A DNA stretch of 64,000 nt from Enterobacteria phage Kha5h, in the sequence record NC_054905.1; one strand, 5' to 3'. The notes beneath the pieces were generated by a model, which searched no databases, was not told the DNA's origin, and worked only from the letters and a program-made list of their open reading frames with translations. The translations under genes and the position numbers were made by a program. Positions 9,854 through 17,979 of this stretch are shown here, piece by piece. Numbering within the stretch: position 1 is the first letter of the stretch; every line of letters begins with the position of its first letter.

Positions 9854-10744
9854 TTAAGATTTAAGTAAATCAACAATTTTAATTAATTTTTCACGCTCGG
9901 ATTTAGCTTTACTACTCAGTCCAGATAGTCTGAAAATTTCATCATCATATTGCTGAATAGAAATATTCAGCTCTTCAATCTGCTTATTAAAATAATCAAT
10001 TTGTTCAGAATGTTTTTCGTTACTACGAACTGGTACAGGTTTTGTAGGTAATTTAGATGAACTGGATTCATCCGGGCGATAAATTAAAATACAACTTGAA
10101 CCAATCGGGCATTTAGCACCAGACGAATATTCTAATGTTCCAGCTTCTTTTAAAACTTCAAAAGCTAAACAGAGATGATGCCCCATATTAACATAATCTG
10201 TAGAGCGAGCTCTGATGTAATAATCATCTCCGCGAATACTAAATTTAAAGCATTTAAGGTCTTCTGTATTATTGGTCTTAAAAATCATTTGTTTATCTAG
10301 ACCTTTAGCTAATCGAGCGCCTAATGCTAATAATCGTCGTTGATTTTCCCACAAATCCGCAATCATTTGGTCAAATGATAATTTCGGCATTAGTCGACCA
10401 TAAAGGTCGTATCCTTTATTATAATTACGAAGGATTTCACTCGCATTAATACGAGACAACGCTCCAATTTTATTAAGGGCTTTCATAATACGATTAGATA
10501 AACTCATTCCAGACCCGTTTGTTCGCTGTAAATGTTTTTCTAATCCAAATCCAATATCAACTTTAAATTTATCTAAAATTTCAGCATGAACATCTTTATC
10601 AATAACATTCAAATCCAAAGTTGGGTTAAATCTATGAAAAAATTTATCTGGCTCTCCACGACGAAGTACAGTCCATTCATTCATCATTTTCTTATTAACT
10701 AAAGATTTAATTACTGCATTGACATTATTAATTACTACTGACAT
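9854..10744 (-). CDS. hypothetical protein with C-terminal coiled coil (296 aa)
   Basis: start moved to ATG 10742-10744 behind GAGGAA SD (ORF-track start is TTG). Confidence 0.55.
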   Translation of the reverse strand: MSVVINNVNAVIKSLVNKKMMNEWTVLRRGEPDKFFHRFNPTLDLNVIDKDVHAEILDKFKVDIGFGLEKHLQRTNGSGMSLSNRIMKALNKIGALSRINASEILRNYNKGYDLYGRLMPKLSFDQMIADLWENQRRLLALGARLAKGLDKQMIFKTNNTEDLKCFKFSIRGDDYYIRARSTDYVNMGHHLCLAFEVLKEAGTLEYSSGAKCPIGSSCILIYRPDESSSSKLPTKPVPVRSNEKHSEQIDYFNKQIEELNISIQQYDDEIFRLSGLSSKAKSEREKLIKIVDLLKS

Positions 10745-10751
10745 ATTTTCC

Positions 10752-11159
10752 TCACTCAATTTCAATTTTACTAAATATACAGAATAAGATGGAACAGACT
10801 ATATAAGCACCACACACAGATTGAACTAATACCATTCCAAAGAACCAAATAATATTATCAAACAATGTCTGTTTTACGTCGAAAGGACGTAAACTTACAG
10901 TAATATTATCACCTTTTTCTATTGAAGAATACATCTCTGGGGAAATATATTCACTAAATCTATAACCGTCTTTGAGTTCATATACAGCAATAAATGATAA
11001 ACTAGACCCCTTTCCTTGAGTTCCTGTAAGAGTATTAACTACAGTAACATCATAATCTTTATAATGCATATAATCATTAATTGCGTAATAACCATATGCA
11101 ATTACTATACATAAACAACATATCAATAAATTCAATCTTTTAATTATCAACTGTTTCAT
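10752..11159 (-). CDS. hypothetical membrane protein (135 aa)
   Basis: hydrophobic N- and C-terminal segments. Confidence 0.5.
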   Translation of the reverse strand: MKQLIIKRLNLLICCLCIVIAYGYYAINDYMHYKDYDVTVVNTLTGTQGKGSSLSFIAVYELKDGYRFSEYISPEMYSSIEKGDNITVSLRPFDVKQTLFDNIIWFFGMVLVQSVCGAYIVCSILFCIFSKIEIE

Positions 11160-11214
11160 AATAATCTCAATTAAAAGGGCTTAGAACCATTATACCATCC
11201 TTGGTATAAAGCGG

Positions 11215-11742
11215 TTATGCGAGTACCGTCTTTAACCGTTCTTCAAACTTCCGAAGAGTATTTTGGCGTTCAGCTCTTTGCTTTTTGTAAGTTTCAATAC
11301 GCTCTGAAATGAGAGTGTATCGTTCATTTACTGATTCTTTCATAAAATCAGGAATTTCACGAGAAGCTTTAATCTCGTCAAATTTATCAATAACAGCTTG
11401 CTCTTCAGCAATTAAGTTATCATACATCAAAATATCTTTCTTGATGAACTCAATATCTTCTTGAGTTACACGAGATAATTTAGATGCTTTATCCTTTTTG
11501 TACTGTTCGTTAGTATCACGAGACCAGTGTAATGTACGATTTTTATTCGTATTCTTGTAAATTTCTACAATACCGATCTCGTCAATAATAACGATCCAAT
11601 TCCAACGGGATTTGTAAATTTGTCCTCCATCAACAGTGATTTCACCTCCAATTGAGATGTCATTAAAGAACTTGCTTTGTGCTTCTGATTTAAATTTACC
11701 ATCGTTGTAATTTACCAGGTTGAAAATATCTTTAGCGTTCAT
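11215..11742 (-). CDS. hypothetical protein with C-terminal coiled coil (175 aa)
   Basis: start moved to ATG 11740-11742 (MNAKDIF...) behind GGAGGA SD, downstream of an early promoter. Confidence 0.55.
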   Translation of the reverse strand: MNAKDIFNLVNYNDGKFKSEAQSKFFNDISIGGEITVDGGQIYKSRWNWIVIIDEIGIVEIYKNTNKNRTLHWSRDTNEQYKKDKASKLSRVTQEDIEFIKKDILMYDNLIAEEQAVIDKFDEIKASREIPDFMKESVNERYTLISERIETYKKQRAERQNTLRKFEERLKTVLA

Positions 11743-11770
11743 TTTGTGTTCCTCCGTAGTTGATAGTTGT

Positions 11771-11800
11771 ATAGTACCACAGAGGAACGGTCTTGTAAAC
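11771..11800 (-). promoter_or_regulatory. T4-type early promoter cassette (GTTTAC-N18-TGG-TACTAT, then ACAACTATCAACTAC)
   Basis: one of several copies of a near-identical promoter/5'UTR module. Confidence 0.6.
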
Positions 11801-11802
11801 AA

Positions 11803-12105
11803 CTAAAAGAAACTTCTTTCACAATTTTTTCCACTGAACCACGCACTCACTGCTTTCTTAGTCTCAGGAGCAGTGTTATCCATAAACCATTCAAAGGCAG
11901 CCTTTTTATGATTCTGGAGGGCTTCTCGGGCTTTAATCTGCTCACGGTCTATTAACACTAACATATGAGCCTTTCTTGTCACCATGGGCTTCTTATGATT
12001 TTTTGAATACTCCCAATCATTTGTCCATCGCATCGTTGTTGCGAACTGAAATACTGCTTCTTTAATTTTAGTTTCGTAAATTTCACGAGCCTTTGAGTAT
12101 AACAT
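11803..12105 (-). CDS. hypothetical protein (100 aa)
   Basis: start moved to ATG 12103-12105 behind GGAGG SD. Confidence 0.5.
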   Translation of the reverse strand: MLYSKAREIYETKIKEAVFQFATTMRWTNDWEYSKNHKKPMVTRKAHMLVLIDREQIKAREALQNHKKAAFEWFMDNTAPETKKAVSAWFSGKNCERSFF

Positions 12106-12206
12106 CACTACCTCCATTCACCAGTTTAATTCTAGTCATCTTTTTGATGGCAGTCCATATAATCTATTTCTGAACTGCCTTTTTGTCATAGAAGTCCTCT
12201 TATGAA

Positions 12207-13175
12207 TTATTTCAGAAGAGTAACCTCAGCAATTTCTTCCCAACCGTTTTTGTCGGTCATAATAAAGTCAGCAAGATAAAGTGCAGTACGCAGTGAAACA
12301 TTGCGTAAACGATTAACATTGACTTTCATCCATGATAATGCTTTATAAGTTTCTTCATCAGAAAGACCGCGCTTTTGCATCATGTCAGTTGAAAGAATAA
12401 CATCTTCAACCCTGACCATAATTTCTTCATTAGTGTGAACACCCAAATCTAAATAAACTGAGCGGGAAACTAATGCTTGTAAATGTGGAGCAAGTTTAGT
12501 ACCACGGTCTAATTCGCGGTCAATGTCAACGTTTGTGATAAAAACAATCGTTCCTTTAAATTCAAACTCACGCTCAATGCCTTTTTCTTCTAAGTAAGAA
12601 GATGCAGTGCTCCAGCAGACTTTACGGGTCTCTCCAGTGTCCAGAGCAGCTTTCAAAAGATTAAGAATGTCCATATCAGAGAAAACATCCACATCATCAA
12701 TCAAAAGGACAGAATTCTCTTCACGATTATTCCAGAGCTGTTCATAAAGACCGATACCAGAGATTTTACCGTTAATGCTTTTATATTCAATGTATCCAAT
12801 ATCATTTGCTTTATTTAAAGCTTTATCTAAAGAATACGTTTTACCAATGCCTGCCGCACCAGAGATAATTAATGAACGAATGTTTCCGTTAATAATACCA
12901 TTCGTCATCATTCCCATAACATTAAATCTTTTATTAATGCGGGTTTTCATATCTTCATATGATTCTTTAACTTCTTCAACTTTTACACCATCATATGAAA
13001 TGTCTGATTTGTAAACCCAAACACCGCGACGCTTACCGTCAATTTCAACAAAAACTTTACCATCTCCTTGTGCATCCACCGGAGCATTATCTGGGAACCA
13101 TTCACCTAAGAGCTCAAAAGTTCCAGAGATTTCTTTACCGAAGTAGATACCCTTATTGATAGTTACAGTTTTCAT
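12207..13175 (-). CDS. P-loop NTPase (AAA-like ATPase)
   Basis: Walker A GAAGIGKT and Walker B VLLIDDVD; ATG 13173-13175 behind GGAGAA SD, downstream of an early promoter. Confidence 0.65.
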   Translation of the reverse strand: MKTVTINKGIYFGKEISGTFELLGEWFPDNAPVDAQGDGKVFVEIDGKRRGVWVYKSDISYDGVKVEEVKESYEDMKTRINKRFNVMGMMTNGIINGNIRSLIISGAAGIGKTYSLDKALNKANDIGYIEYKSINGKISGIGLYEQLWNNREENSVLLIDDVDVFSDMDILNLLKAALDTGETRKVCWSTASSYLEEKGIEREFEFKGTIVFITNVDIDRELDRGTKLAPHLQALVSRSVYLDLGVHTNEEIMVRVEDVILSTDMMQKRGLSDEETYKALSWMKVNVNRLRNVSLRTALYLADFIMTDKNGWEEIAEVTLLK

Positions 13176-13209
13176 TTTATTCTCCAAATCCGTATCAGTT
13201 GATAGTTGT

Positions 13210-13239
13210 ATAGTACCATAAAGCTTTATGCCTGTAAAC
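13210..13239 (-). promoter_or_regulatory. T4-type early promoter cassette
   Basis: GTTTAC-N18-TGGTACTAT plus A/T-rich UP region, immediately downstream of a terminator. Confidence 0.6.
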
Positions 13240-13263
13240 CGTTTTGTGAAAAATTTTTGAAAT

Positions 13264-13290
13264 AAAAAAAAAGGGAGCCCGAAGGCTCCC
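13264..13290 (-). terminator. intrinsic terminator
   Basis: hairpin GGGAGCCTTCGGGCTCCC followed by T9. Confidence 0.75.
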
Positions 13291-13292
13291 TA

Positions 13293-14306
13293 TCATTTAT
13301 AATAACTTCGGTGGTTTTCAAGATAGACCTTCTCAAGGAAGTCATCCCAGAAACTCATGTCTACTGTTTTAGGCATACCGTTCTTAGAAGCTTCAGTAGA
13401 TGCTGCTTCTACTTGATCGACCACATCTTCCAAAAACTCTTGAACTGTTTTAAATGGATGTTTACCCAACTTCACGTCGAGAATAAATGGAGCATCTTGA
13501 AGTGGATAGACTAAGTCACCAGTTTTGTAAATTTCCAATAGTTGGAGTCCACCACGACAAGCATGACTCAAAGCTTTCCAGTCAATACCTTCATTGGCTT
13601 CGGCCTTACGAGCACGTTCACCATATTCAGCATCTAATTTGTTCAGTGACTGCTTAAGCTCAATAAGAGAAAGCGTTGTCTGATATTTACGACCCAACAC
13701 AGTGTAGAACGTTTGTGGGCCTGTTTTCTCATGATTATGGAACACCCATTCACAGAATTCGTTTTCTGGAAGACGATGCTTAATATCTTCAACTTTAGTG
13801 CGACGCTGCTTAATAGAACCATCTTCTTGGTAATCAATCCACTGCTCAGGGATTTGATTAACTACTTTCAATACATCACGTAATGCAGCCAAACGAGAAC
13901 CTTTGACACCGTATTTAGAAGCTTGCTTGCGGACATATCCTAAATATGATTTCATGTTAGTCGTATAAAAACGAGAACGGTTGTCTTGAATAAACTTCCA
14001 CACATCAGGCAAATCAGATTTAACCACTAGTTCAGGTGGAGTGTGAAGCATATCTAATGCTACGGTTTCACCATCTGCTGCTAATTTAAAGAAATATTTA
14101 AGACTGTATAGTTCATGGTCAATATCATCTTTAGTGTTTTTAGATGATGTGTTGTTAGTGTTTTTACTCATATGCTCTTTAACATTTCCGATAAGAATAT
14201 CGCGAGCAGGAGGAACAAAGATTTCTTTAAAATCTACATCAGATTCTGGAGTAGAAGTTCCATAAAGATGACTACCAAAATAGCTTTTCATTACTGTTTT
14301 CATCAT
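13293..14306 (-). CDS. nucleotidyltransferase-fold protein (Pol-beta superfamily-like), function unknown
   Basis: N-terminal GSHLYGTSTPESDVDF (GS-x10-DxD) with downstream VALDML acidic strand; followed by a strong terminator. Confidence 0.55.
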   Translation of the reverse strand: MMKTVMKSYFGSHLYGTSTPESDVDFKEIFVPPARDILIGNVKEHMSKNTNNTSSKNTKDDIDHELYSLKYFFKLAADGETVALDMLHTPPELVVKSDLPDVWKFIQDNRSRFYTTNMKSYLGYVRKQASKYGVKGSRLAALRDVLKVVNQIPEQWIDYQEDGSIKQRRTKVEDIKHRLPENEFCEWVFHNHEKTGPQTFYTVLGRKYQTTLSLIELKQSLNKLDAEYGERARKAEANEGIDWKALSHACRGGLQLLEIYKTGDLVYPLQDAPFILDVKLGKHPFKTVQEFLEDVVDQVEAASTEASKNGMPKTVDMSFWDDFLEKVYLENHRSYYK

Positions 14307-14764
14307 TCAGCCTTATATTCAATAACAGGACATACTTTAGCTTTACGCGCTTTTAAAAATTCGACGATAACCGATTTCTTGGGTTGAATAGGAGGTAAAC
14401 CTTTATACGCCCTATCAATATTTTCTACGTGTAAAGCATAATCCTTTTTCCATTTATAATCTTTATATTTTTCACGCAAATGTGCAGGAATAACAAATGA
14501 ACCGATAATAAGTAAAACAACCAAAAGCGCAAGTATAAATGCCGATGGAAGAAGAGTCCATAAACTACCGAAAATAAGCCAACGTTGTAGGCTTTCTGCA
14601 CAAATAATTGTTAGCCCTACGAGTATAGCACATCCAAAAATAGAAACGAAAAATGTAGGAATGGCAATAGACCAAAAATATGCGCATAGTGTCTTAGGTC
14701 GTTGCCATTCATCGTTAAACAATTTGAATAATTTATAATGCCAAGAGTTTTCATTAATAATCAT
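14303..14764 (-). CDS. hypothetical membrane protein (153 aa)
   Basis: three predicted hydrophobic helices; ATGA overlap with downstream gene. Confidence 0.55.
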   Translation of the reverse strand: MIINENSWHYKLFKLFNDEWQRPKTLCAYFWSIAIPTFFVSIFGCAILVGLTIICAESLQRWLIFGSLWTLLPSAFILALLVVLLIIGSFVIPAHLREKYKDYKWKKDYALHVENIDRAYKGLPPIQPKKSVIVEFLKARKAKVCPVIEYKAE

Positions 14765-14766
14765 AA

Positions 14767-15288
14767 TTATCCTTTCATTGAAGGTGTAACAGTTGTTAAA
14801 TACTTAATCATAGCCTCAGCTTCTGATTTTGATAGTGAAATTTCTTCACCGTTTTGGCGAATAGAAACAAAATCTGGATGACGATCACCACCAGCTTTTA
14901 AAACACACATATAAGTATCAGCTTCGCCTTCAATATTTGAAATGATTGAAGCAGTTCCACACGAATGTGGTTTTTGATAAATCAATACAGCTTTTCTTCC
15001 ACCATTTGACTGTTCATAGGCTTTTAATACATCAAACAAATCAGTTCTTTTATCAATAGCTAAAATGTTATTTTCATCTTCAATGTTAAATCCTTCGGAT
15101 ACTTCATAAAGCGTTACCCATAAATCGCCAATATCAATAACAGCATTTACTTTTCCACGGCTTTCAAGAGTATGACAAATTTTCTTGATTTCGTCATAAC
15201 TCATTTTAATAATATCATCTCCTTGACTAAGAAAGATGTCATTTTTAAATTCAACACGAATTAAACCACTTCCACTTGAAATAAACAT
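14767..15288 (-). CDS. hypothetical protein, paralogue of 15295..15837
   Basis: ORF track; shared C-terminal motif (SLSKSEAEAMIKYLTTVTPSM vs TFTKDEAIALKTYLDSVIPTM). Confidence 0.55.
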   Translation of the reverse strand: MFISSGSGLIRVEFKNDIFLSQGDDIIKMSYDEIKKICHTLESRGKVNAVIDIGDLWVTLYEVSEGFNIEDENNILAIDKRTDLFDVLKAYEQSNGGRKAVLIYQKPHSCGTASIISNIEGEADTYMCVLKAGGDRHPDFVSIRQNGEEISLSKSEAEAMIKYLTTVTPSMKG

Positions 15289-15294
15289 ATTTCC

Positions 15295-15837
15295 TCACTT
15301 TGAAATCATAGTTGGAATGACAGAATCAAGATAAGTCTTTAGTGCAATAGCTTCGTCTTTGGTAAATGTGACAATATGTGCTCGAGAATCATCATTTTGG
15401 CGAACAAGTACGACATCGCCATCTTCATAAGAAGTCTTGACATCCAAAGTCGTAGTATAGTTTGCAGCTACTGGATTAATAATGTTAGCACCGCGATCTT
15501 TAGCCCATTGAAGTTTAGCCTTTTCGGGTGTTTCGGCTGTTTCAGATTCTAAGAATTCTTTCACCTTGGCAACGAATGTTGCCCAATTGTTGATAGAAAG
15601 ACACATAAATTCAGTTTCAATATTACCGCCGTAAAGGCCACGATAAAAACGAACTTGGAGGTCACCTGTAATATTAGTTACACCGGTAACTCCTGAGGGA
15701 GCATAAGATAAAATCGCAGCCAGTTCCATAGGAAGAATAGTAATACTATCGTCTTCCTGCGTCAGAACGTATACATTACCGCGTTTTTCGATAACTAGGT
15801 CACCGAACAAATCAGTTGTTTCAATTACAGCTTTCAT
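15295..15837 (-). CDS. hypothetical protein, paralogue of 14767..15288
   Basis: start moved to ATG 15835-15837 (ORF-track start is TTG). Confidence 0.5.
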   Translation of the reverse strand: MKAVIETTDLFGDLVIEKRGNVYVLTQEDDSITILPMELAAILSYAPSGVTGVTNITGDLQVRFYRGLYGGNIETEFMCLSINNWATFVAKVKEFLESETAETPEKAKLQWAKDRGANIINPVAANYTTTLDVKTSYEDGDVVLVRQNDDSRAHIVTFTKDEAIALKTYLDSVIPTMISK

Positions 15838-15838
15838 A

Positions 15839-16024
15839 TTATTTACCAATTAAAGTTTCAATATAAGAATCAAGATTTACTTTAGCTTCTTCCATAAGAG
15901 TTTTGTATTTAATCTTGTTAGCATGTCCGGAGAAAGCTGATTCATCAATAATTGTTGATGTATGAACAGCTTTACTATACGTCTCAATTAATTCTCTTAA
16001 TTTAAAAGCCTGCTCACTTGTCAT
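15839..16024 (-). CDS. small helical protein (61 aa), member of a small-protein family
   Basis: ORF track; ATG right after an early promoter; N-terminal motif shared with 16189..16362. Confidence 0.45.
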   Translation of the reverse strand: MTSEQAFKLRELIETYSKAVHTSTIIDESAFSGHANKIKYKTLMEEAKVNLDSYIETLIGK

Positions 16025-16156
16025 TACATACTCCTCTGAATCATATCAATAATGTTGTTTACCAAATTATAAGTAAACATTGGGTAATTATATTGAATCA
16101 TCACATACACAACAAACAAAACTTTCATTCTCTTCTCCTTGGCAGTTGACAAGATT

Positions 16157-16186
16157 ACTATACCATAACCTTGCCAACTTGTAAAC
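16157..16186 (-). promoter_or_regulatory. T4-type early promoter (GTTTAC-N18-TGG-TATAGT)
   Basis: minus-strand match ahead of the 15839..13293 operon. Confidence 0.55.
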
Positions 16187-16188
16187 CA

Positions 16189-16362
16189 TTAAATGACGTT
16201 TTCGATAAAATTCTGAAGCTTTGTATGAGCATCAACCATGATTTTCAATTCTTCTTTAGCGAAAGCCGTACCTCTTTCCCGAGCAGAATACTCATAGTCA
16301 GAAACTGCATTAGCATATTCTTCAATTAGTTTCATTAAAAACATCTGCTTTTCAGTTTTCAT
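16189..16362 (-). CDS. small helical protein (57 aa), member of a small-protein family
   Basis: hand-translated (MKTEKQMFLMKLIEEYANAV...); not in ORF track (<60 aa). Confidence 0.4.
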   Translation of the reverse strand: MKTEKQMFLMKLIEEYANAVSDYEYSARERGTAFAKEELKIMVDAHTKLQNFIENVI

Positions 16363-16546
16363 TATTCCACCTAATCATTTCAAGATATTGAACTAATTTA
16401 GCTTTAGATTTGTCCAAATCCTTTTTAGCTGCTTCTATACCGTCGTATGAATATCCTTCACAATGCTCAACTGCTAATTGGTATGAATCTATTTCAATAT
16501 CATGCGCTAATTTAATGATTTTTTCAAACTGTTCGCGTGTTAGCAT
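16352..16546 (-). CDS. small helical protein (64 aa), member of a small-protein family
   Basis: ORF track. Confidence 0.45.
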   Translation of the reverse strand: MLTREQFEKIIKLAHDIEIDSYQLAVEHCEGYSYDGIEAAKKDLDKSKAKLVQYLEMIRWNNEN

Positions 16547-16548
16547 AA

Positions 16549-16788
16549 TTAAACTCTCGTATTATGATCGATAATTTCATCAAGAAACATATCTAACGCT
16601 TCTAAAGCATTATCAACTTTAGCTTCAAGTTCATCAATGCCTTTATTTGCAATGCCTGATGAAAACCAAGCAAAGTCACTAAGTTCCTCATCTGCTTTAC
16701 GAATTAAAGCTACCAATTCCTTAATTTTATCCGCTTGTTCGATACTAATCATTATTCCACCACATATGAAAGAGAGAATATTGCACAT
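16549..16788 (-). CDS. small helical protein (start uncertain), member of a small-protein family
   Basis: ORF track; likely true start at the internal [13 protein letters not shown]. Confidence 0.4.
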   Translation of the reverse strand: MCNILSFICGGIMISIEQADKIKELVALIRKADEELSDFAWFSSGIANKGIDELEAKVDNALEALDMFLDEIIDHNTRV

Positions 16789-16940
16789 GCCATGTGAGTT
16801 GCAACTTCATCACACATATTATAACGTTTCTTAAGAAATTCTACAAGTTCTTCACTAGTAACTTCATCCATGTCGACGAAAAAATCACCATTAATGATGA
16901 CGTAGATATTTCCTTCTTGATTGAGTGCTTCAATTTTCAT
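16752..16940 (-). CDS. hypothetical small protein (62 aa)
   Basis: ORF-track N-terminus is promoter read-through from TTG; start moved to the first in-frame Met (MKIEALN...). Confidence 0.4.
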   Translation of the reverse strand: MKIEALNQEGNIYVIINGDFFVDMDEVTSEELVEFLKKRYNMCDEVATHMACAIFSLSYVVE

Positions 16941-16968
16941 GATGTTCTCCTCTTTATCCGATAGTTGT

Positions 16969-16999
16969 ATAGTATCACAGCTCAAACGGAAAGTAAACC
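16969..16999 (-). promoter_or_regulatory. T4-type early promoter cassette
   Basis: GTTTAC-N18-TGATACTAT-ACAACTATC; a terminator lies just upstream. Confidence 0.55.
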
Positions 17000-17008
17000 G
17001 GTAAAATG

Positions 17009-17032
17009 AAAAAAGTCTCCCGAAGGAGACTA
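17009..17032 (-). terminator. intrinsic terminator
   Basis: hairpin AGTCTCCTTCGGGAGACT followed by TTTTT. Confidence 0.7.
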
Positions 17033-17035
17033 ATG

Positions 17036-17422
17036 TTATTCGAGGGAAAGAAGATACTTACTCTGGTAAAACATTCCAGTAATATCATCTATCGTGCTTT
17101 GAATGGCTGGAGGCATTTCTTTATAAATGCTGTTAGATTGGTCTAGTATGCGATCAATCATTTTAATTGTGTCGGTAGGAAGTTTACTGGCATCTGGAAT
17201 TGAAGGCGTGTATTTTCTACCAGAATACCCCAAATATTGCTCACCAAATTTATCAATCAAATCTGGCAACTCGGAGAAAATAAAATCGTATGCTTTGTGT
17301 CTAGCATAACTTTTAGTTTCAAAATGTGCAGAATGAAAATAAGCTTGTGCAGCCATTAATAAACCTAAGTATTCATCTGCCTTTGAAGGTTTTCCACTTT
17401 GTGAAAAGTCGCTGAATTTCAT
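17036..17422 (-). CDS. hypothetical helical protein (128 aa)
   Basis: ORF track; followed by terminator. Confidence 0.5.
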   Translation of the reverse strand: MKFSDFSQSGKPSKADEYLGLLMAAQAYFHSAHFETKSYARHKAYDFIFSELPDLIDKFGEQYLGYSGRKYTPSIPDASKLPTDTIKMIDRILDQSNSIYKEMPPAIQSTIDDITGMFYQSKYLLSLE

Positions 17423-17712
17423 TCAGTCTCCAATTTAATGTTCATAATTCTAGCGTATGATTGTGCCATCTCCGCGCCTCGTTCTATACATTCAAAATCA
17501 GAAGAGCACGGGTCATTTTTATAGGTCGTTCTCATAAAACTATAGAATTGTTCAGACGATTCTACGCTTTTATTTTCAAAAAGTGTATAAACGTGCCTAA
17601 TACCAGATTCCATAAATTTATCAAAATGAGGATCGACATTCGCTTCAATCGATGGAGATAAAACAAATGACAATCCTAGCATGGCAAAAAGTGCCGTTGC
17701 TTTTAAGGCCAT
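17419..17712 (-). CDS. hypothetical secreted/periplasmic protein
   Basis: N-terminal signal-peptide-like MALKATALFAMLGLSFVLSPSIEA. Confidence 0.5.
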   Translation of the reverse strand: MALKATALFAMLGLSFVLSPSIEANVDPHFDKFMESGIRHVYTLFENKSVESSEQFYSFMRTTYKNDPCSSDFECIERGAEMAQSYARIMNIKLETE

Positions 17713-17724
17713 AAAGGCCTCCTA

Positions 17725-17937
17725 TCATTTTTGTCCTGTATTTACTTTATGCCGATGCACGGCCTTAACTTTATCAAGGTATTTTTCAAAATTTCGCAAT
17801 CTAGTATAGTCTGCCGGAGATTGGTTGAGTGATACTTCTCGACGCAAAGCTGAAATGATATTTCCAACTTCCCTACGAATTTCATCTAATTGAAGCACAG
17901 TAAGATTGCGAAGTTGCTTTTCAGTTAATTGTAGCAT
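17725..17937 (-). CDS. hypothetical protein (70 aa)
   Basis: ORF track. Confidence 0.45.
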
Positions 17938-17979
17938 ATATACCCCTTTAGTTAGATAAACCTATTTATAACTTTTGCA

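Noticed and set aside
7750-11215. Recurring CCAAGGATGG-type short hairpins
   Set aside because: They fall inside the 18-nt spacer of early-type promoters, just upstream of the TGG extended -10, so they are part of the promoter rather than a separate element
11742-11802. N-terminal extensions containing TIQLSTT on several ORF-track proteins
   Set aside because: They are translations of the conserved promoter/5'UTR cassette from TTG or GTG codons; true starts are the downstream ATGs with Shine-Dalgarno sequences
16920-17100. Apparent +1/-1 register mismatch between the displayed sequence and the ORF-track frames
   Set aside because: The two offsets cancel and coincide with line boundaries, so this was treated as a formatting or reading artefact, not a frameshift; features here carry an extra 1-nt uncertainty
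17036-17422. Possible ferritin/Dps-like four-helix bundle
   Set aside because: Only a loose pattern of His/Glu spacing; no ferroxidase-centre motif could be confirmed
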